This document shows, in pieces, positions 58,478 through 64,000 of a stretch of DNA of 64,000 nt (positions within the stretch are counted from its first letter, which is position 1; each line of letters opens with the position of its first letter). Under the pieces are notes generated by a model. The model did not search any database and was not told the origin of the DNA. It worked only from the letters and a program-made list of their open reading frames with translations. The stretch spans positions 2,730,001 through 2,794,000 of the forward strand of contig CM075993.1 of the NCBI GenBank assembly GCA_038087875.1. The letters run 5' to 3'. The position numbers were made by a program, and so were the translations under genes. This DNA comes from Malacoraja senta. Its lineage: Eukaryota.

Positions 58478-61400
58478 GTAAAAAATGATTTTCTCATCTC
58501 GGTCCTGAAAGACTTCCCTCTTATCCTTAAACTGTGACCCCTAGTTCAGGACTTCCCCAACATCGGGAATACACCTGGGGAACATCTGGACTTCCCCAAC
58601 ATCTGTCAATTCCCTCCCCGGATGCTGGCTGACCAGATGAGTTCCTCCAGCACTTTGACATTTGTCTCATGATGCCGGCATCTGCAGAACCATTCCTAGG
58701 TGGGCTAACTATTCTGCCACAGTGAGATCCATCGGCCTGCAGATGGCGCAAGCTGCCCAAATTTCCACTGCAATGTTCCCGCGACTATTTGGTTCATTTG
58801 CTGTTGCTTGCTGCTCCGACACCTGCATTAAAACATGCGCCCCACCTGCTTCAGGACCGCACCTGGAGTATTGTGTGCAGTTTTGGTCTCCAAAACTTGA
58901 GGAACCACCGCACACAAACTCTTCACTTGAGAAGTGCCTTGGTCCTGAACCCTGTAAAGCCAGATAATAATTTGTATACCCTTCTCCCCCCCCCCCCCAC
59001 CCCCCCCACCCCCCCACCCCCACCCCCCCCCCCCACCCCCCACCCCCATCCTCCACACACCCTAGTGATCCCAAGGCATATGTGGATGGGACAGGTTTAG
59101 AGGGATATGGGCCCAATGCAAGCAGGTGGGACTAGAGTAGGTGAACAAGAACCAGAGGACGTAAGTTTAAGGTGAGGGGGGGAGATTCTGAGGGACAACT
59201 TTTTTACACAAAGGGGTGGCGGGTATATGGGACGAGCGTATGAAAAATATTTGGACAGACGCATGGATAGGATAGGTTTAAAGGTAAATGGGCCAAATTC
59301 AGGCAGGTGGTACTAGAGTAGATGGGGCACGTTGGACGGCATGGGGAGGTGGGCCGAAGGGCCTGTTCCTACACTGTACGACTTTATGAGTCGATGGCGC
59401 CATGATTTGCAAACCACACACCAGATAGCGAAGGAATTACTTCATGCAGATAGTCAAGTGGTAGAGAATCACTGAACTAAGAGCCTTGTATTCAGCATAC
59501 ATCATTAAATGCTCACAGGAGCAGAATTCGGCCCATCAAGTCTACTCCGCCATTCAATCATGGCTGATCTATCTCTCTCTCCTAACCCCAATTCTCCTGC
59601 CTTCACCCCATAACCCCTGACACCCGTCCTAATCAATCTGACCATCTTAGATTAGTCTATTTGCAACCATCTGACAGTTTTTAACGTGTAGGAGGGAACT
59701 GCAGATGCTGGTTTACACCGAAGATAGACACAAAAAGCTGGAGTAACTCAGCGGGACAGGCAGCATCTCTGGAGAGAAGGAATGGGTGACATTTCTGGTC
59801 GAGACTCTTCTACAGATGTCTCGACCCGAAATATCACCCATTATTCCTTCTCTCCAGAGATGCCGCCTGTCCCGCTGAGTTACTCCAACATTTTGTTTCT
59901 GTCGACAGTGTTTAATGGGGGTGGGGGTTTTTCACTCTCCCTCAACACTGTCCCACAAGTTATTAAATTCATCTTCACCGTGTGTGTGCCTGTGAGATTT
60001 GACGCGTGACTTCCTGGCTTCATATGTGTCGTGGAAGTTCTGGCTTGTCTCTGCAACCTGCGGGCTAGATGTCCAATTTAGTTCTACACTTCAATTCAGC
60101 AAGGGGATTGCAAACTCTCAGCGGCTGGGACTAGCGCGGAGAATTCACAGTTTCAGCCCACTGTATAAATTTCAGTTGTCCAGACTATCGCAGAGACCCT
60201 GAGGCCAACTCGACTCCAGTTCCGATCAAGATGACAGCAAAGGTCAAAGCCTTGAACATGGGTTGTGGCCTGATCTCATCAGTAGGGAGATCAACTCACC
60301 TCGAATGCCCCAAGACAAAATATCAGCTGAAAACGCTGGAAACATTCAGAGTGTCCGATAACAGGAAAGGTGTGGGGGCTTCACAGAGGGCGTCGGAGAG
60401 GTTTACCAGAAGGCTGCTTGAACTAGAGAAAGCTAGCTACAAGAAGAGTTTAGTTTAGTTCAGTTTAGTTTAGAGATACAGCGTGGATTTAGGCCCTTCG
60501 ACCCACCGAGCCCGTGCTGGCCAGCGATCCCCGCACATTAACACTAGCCTACGCACACTAGGGACAATTGACAATTGGAGTCACTTCATGCAGATAGTCA
60601 TGTAGCAGAGAATCGCTGAAACAAGCCCCCTGTGTTCAGCGTACATCATGAAATGGAGGATGCTAACCGCGGGGACTTATCATCCGGAGAGCGGGATCCC
60701 TCGCCGGGAATCCCTGGGGAAGAGCTCCAACCACCGGCCCGCGGCCTACAACAGCTTGAAGCCACGGTCTATGGTGCTTCCAGTCGCAGGCACGGCGGGG
60801 ACTTATCACACCATCCGGATGGGATCCCTCGCCGGGAATCCCTGGAGAAGAGCTCCGACCGCCAGCCTGCGGCCCACGTCATCTTCGAGCCGTGGTCTCC
60901 GGTAGGGGAGCACCGATTCGGGACCAACCTTGCCTGTACATCTGGCCGCCCGCAGGGGCGACTGCGGAGGTTTATGGTCCCGACCACGGGGGAAAATGGA
61001 GGAGGACCGACTAAACTTTGTGCCTCCCACCACCAGTGATGAATGCTGTGGTGGATGTTTGTGTAACATTTTTTATTGTGTGTTGTATGTTCTTTTTGAT
61101 TGTACCGCTGCTGACAAATTCATTTCACTGAACTTCATTGTGTATGTGGCGAATAAATCTGACTATTGACTATTAACTATTCATAAGTTCATAAGGTCAT
61201 GTGATAGGAGGAAAATTAGGCCATTCGGCCCATCAAGTGCCTTGTAAAGCCAGGCATAAATGGATAGAATAGGTTTAGAGGGATATGGACCAAACATAGG
61301 CAGGTGGGGTTCGTGTAGATGGGGTATGTTGGTGAGAATGGGCAAGTTGGGCTGAAGGGCCTGTTTTCATGCTGTAGAACTCCAAGACTCAAATGTAATA

Positions 61401-64000
61401 AAGCTGTGGAGAGGAATGTAGTTGTGTGTTGTGAACACAGGATCGTAAGTGATAGGAGGAGAATTAGGCCATTCGGCCCATCAAGTCTACTCCACCATAC
61501 AATCATGGCTGATCTATCACTCCCTCCTAACCCGTTCTCCTGCCTTCACCCCATAACCCCTTACACCCATACTAATCTAGAATCCATCTATCTTGGCCTT
61601 ACAAATATCCATTGACTGGGCCTCCACAGCCTCTGTGCGTCTACCCGATCTATTCCTCTCATGATTTTGTACACCTCAAGAAGATCACCCCTCTCATTCT
61701 GCGCTCCAAGGAATAGAGACCCAGCTTGCTCAACCTCTCCCTCGAGTCCTGGCAACATCTCTGCACCCTATCCAGCTTGACAACATCTTTCCCACAACAC
61801 TGTGCCCAGAACTGAACACAATACTCCAAATGCTTTCTTTTATTTCTGCTGCAGGAGGTCTCTGCAGACCTAAACCAATTTTCATGCACTTTCTATTCAA
61901 TCAACTTCGACTAAACACGTGTGGAATTAGATTGGAATCAGTTTGTGTGTTAAGAATAATGTTGGCTGACAGCTTGCCGTGTACACTTAGTACTTTCAAT
62001 GAATTAGCTGACGTTTTTCTAAACCCTGTTCCGCCACGGGATTTGTCCCAGCGTTGACCTTTACTTTAACAATTCACAAGACTTTGGATGTTTGAAAAGT
62101 GAAAGCGTTTTGAAAAACTCTTCGCCCCACCGTGTCCGCGCCGACCAGCGATCCCGGCACATTAACACTATCCTACACACACTAGGGACAATTTGCACAT
62201 ACACCAAGCCAGTTAGCCGGCAAACCTGCACGTCTTTGGAGTGCGGGAGGAAACCGAAGATCTCGGAGAAAACCCACGCGGGTCACGGGGAGAACAGACA
62301 AACTCCGTACAGACAGCACCCCGTAGTCGGGTTCGAACCCGGGTCTCCGGTGCTGCGCCAACATGCTGCCCCTGGTACACCATGAAAACTGGCCCTTCGG
62401 CCCACTTAATCCAGACCGACCATCGAACACCCGTTCACTCCAGCTCCATGTTATCCCATTTTCACATCCACTTCTACATATTTGGGGCAATTTTTACAGA
62501 GAGACAATTAGCCAACAAACCTGCACGTCTTTGGGATGGGAGAGGTAACATCTGAAGACGGGACTCGACCCGAAACGTCAACCATTCCTTCTCTCCAGAG
62601 ATGCTGCCTGTCCCGCTGAGTTACGCCAGCATTTTGTGTCTATCTTTGGCCGATTTCCTTTGCTGAACCAGCTGTGTTTTTACAATATGGGCGGCACGGT
62701 GGCACAGTGGTGGACTTACTATCTTACAGCGCGAGAGATTCATCCAGAGATGCTGCCTGTCCCGCTGAGTTACTCCAGCATTTTGTGTCGATCACACCCA
62801 CTCACACTTGTTCTATGTTCTCCCGCTTTCTCATCCACACCCTACACACTAGGGGGCAATTTACTGAGGCCAATTACCCTACAAACCCGCACGTCTTTGG
62901 GATGTGGGAGCCCCCGTAGAAAACCCACCCAGTCACAGGGAGAACATGCAGACTCCACACAGACAGCACCCGAGGTCAGGTTCGAACCTGGGTCACTGGA
63001 GCCATGAGGCAGCGGCTCTGTCAGCTGTGCCTCTATGCTGTCCATTGGATAGAATGGACTGGTGGCGCAGTGGTAGAACCCCAGAGACCCAGGTTCGATC
63101 CCGACTACGGGTGCTGTCTGTATAGAGCTGATACATTCAGCTCTATACAGACTATTTTCTGTTGTGCTGAAGCAAAGCAAGAATTTCATTGTCCTACCAG
63201 GGACACATGACAATAAACTCACTTGACTTGACTTGACATTCTCCTCGTGACTTGCGTGGGATTTCTCCGCGATATTCCCAAGATGGGAAGAATAGCCTCC
63301 TCCCGTGGGAACAACAAGAGAGTCACTGTAATGCTTTCCCTGTCTGGGACGTAGATATATTAGTTGAAGATAGGCATCAAATGCTGGAGTAACTCAGCGG
63401 GACTGGCAGCATCTGTGGAGAGAAGGAATGGGTGACGTTTTGGATCGAGAATTTAGAAGGATGAGATGGGATCTTTTTGAAACATATAAGATTATTAAGG
63501 GTTTGGACAAGTTAGAGGCCCGATGTTGGGGGAGTCCAGAACCGGGGGTCACAGTAAGGAGTAAGCCATTTAGAACGGAGACGAGGAAACACTTTTTCAC
63601 ACAGAGAGTTGTGAGTCTGTGGAATTCTCTGCCTCAGAGAATTCCACAGACTCACAACTCTCTGTGTGATAATTTTGCGAGAGAGCTAGATAGGGCTCTT
63701 AAAGATAGCAGAGTCAGGGGATATGGGGAGAAGGCAGGGACGGGGTACTGATTGTAGATGATCAGCCATGATCACATTGAATGGCGGTGCTGGCTCGAAG
63801 TCTGAATGGCCTACTCCTGCACCTATTGTCTATTGTCTATTGAGACTCTTCTTCAGACTGATGTCAGGGGAGGCACCTTCTGTCTGATGTCACCTTCTCT
63901 CCAGAGACGCTGCCTGTCCCGCTGAGTAACTCCAGCAATTTTGTGTCCATCTTCGATTCGAACCAGCATCTGCAGTTCCTTCCTTCACATCCGAGAAATA

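Overview
Eukaryotic, very repeat-rich vertebrate DNA; the repeat repertoire (HE1/V-SINE-like SINEs, CR1 LINE 3' ends, Penelope-like elements) suggests a cartilaginous fish (inference). The main gene is the 3' part of a minus-strand CELF-family RNA-binding protein, best read as CELF6. Nine GT-AG coding exons between 52629 and 20114 splice in frame (1064 nt, RRM2 - divergent linker - RRM3 - stop). A donor lies 15 nt after the stop, and a probable terminal 3'UTR exon runs from 4657 to about 1690. The 5' exons were not found and probably lie beyond 64000. The introns hold CR1, Rex1/Babar and L2 LINE fragments, SINEs, Penelope fragments with minimal hammerhead-ribozyme motifs, about 12 Harbinger-type MITEs, a Helitron carrying a 41-bp minisatellite, and long microsatellites. 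The top finding is a 666-bp hAT/Charlie-type element (26087-26752) that appears to have captured the 5' region, first coding exon and splice donor of a CYB561D1/D2-like gene (Pack-TIR-like capture). Also notable are an inverted templated insertion that preserves a MITE empty site, two MITEs inserted at the same SINE position, and fold-back or tandem derivatives of the Penelope hammerhead region. All family names come from recognition, not database searches. Most ORFs in the supplied track are repeat or microsatellite artefacts.
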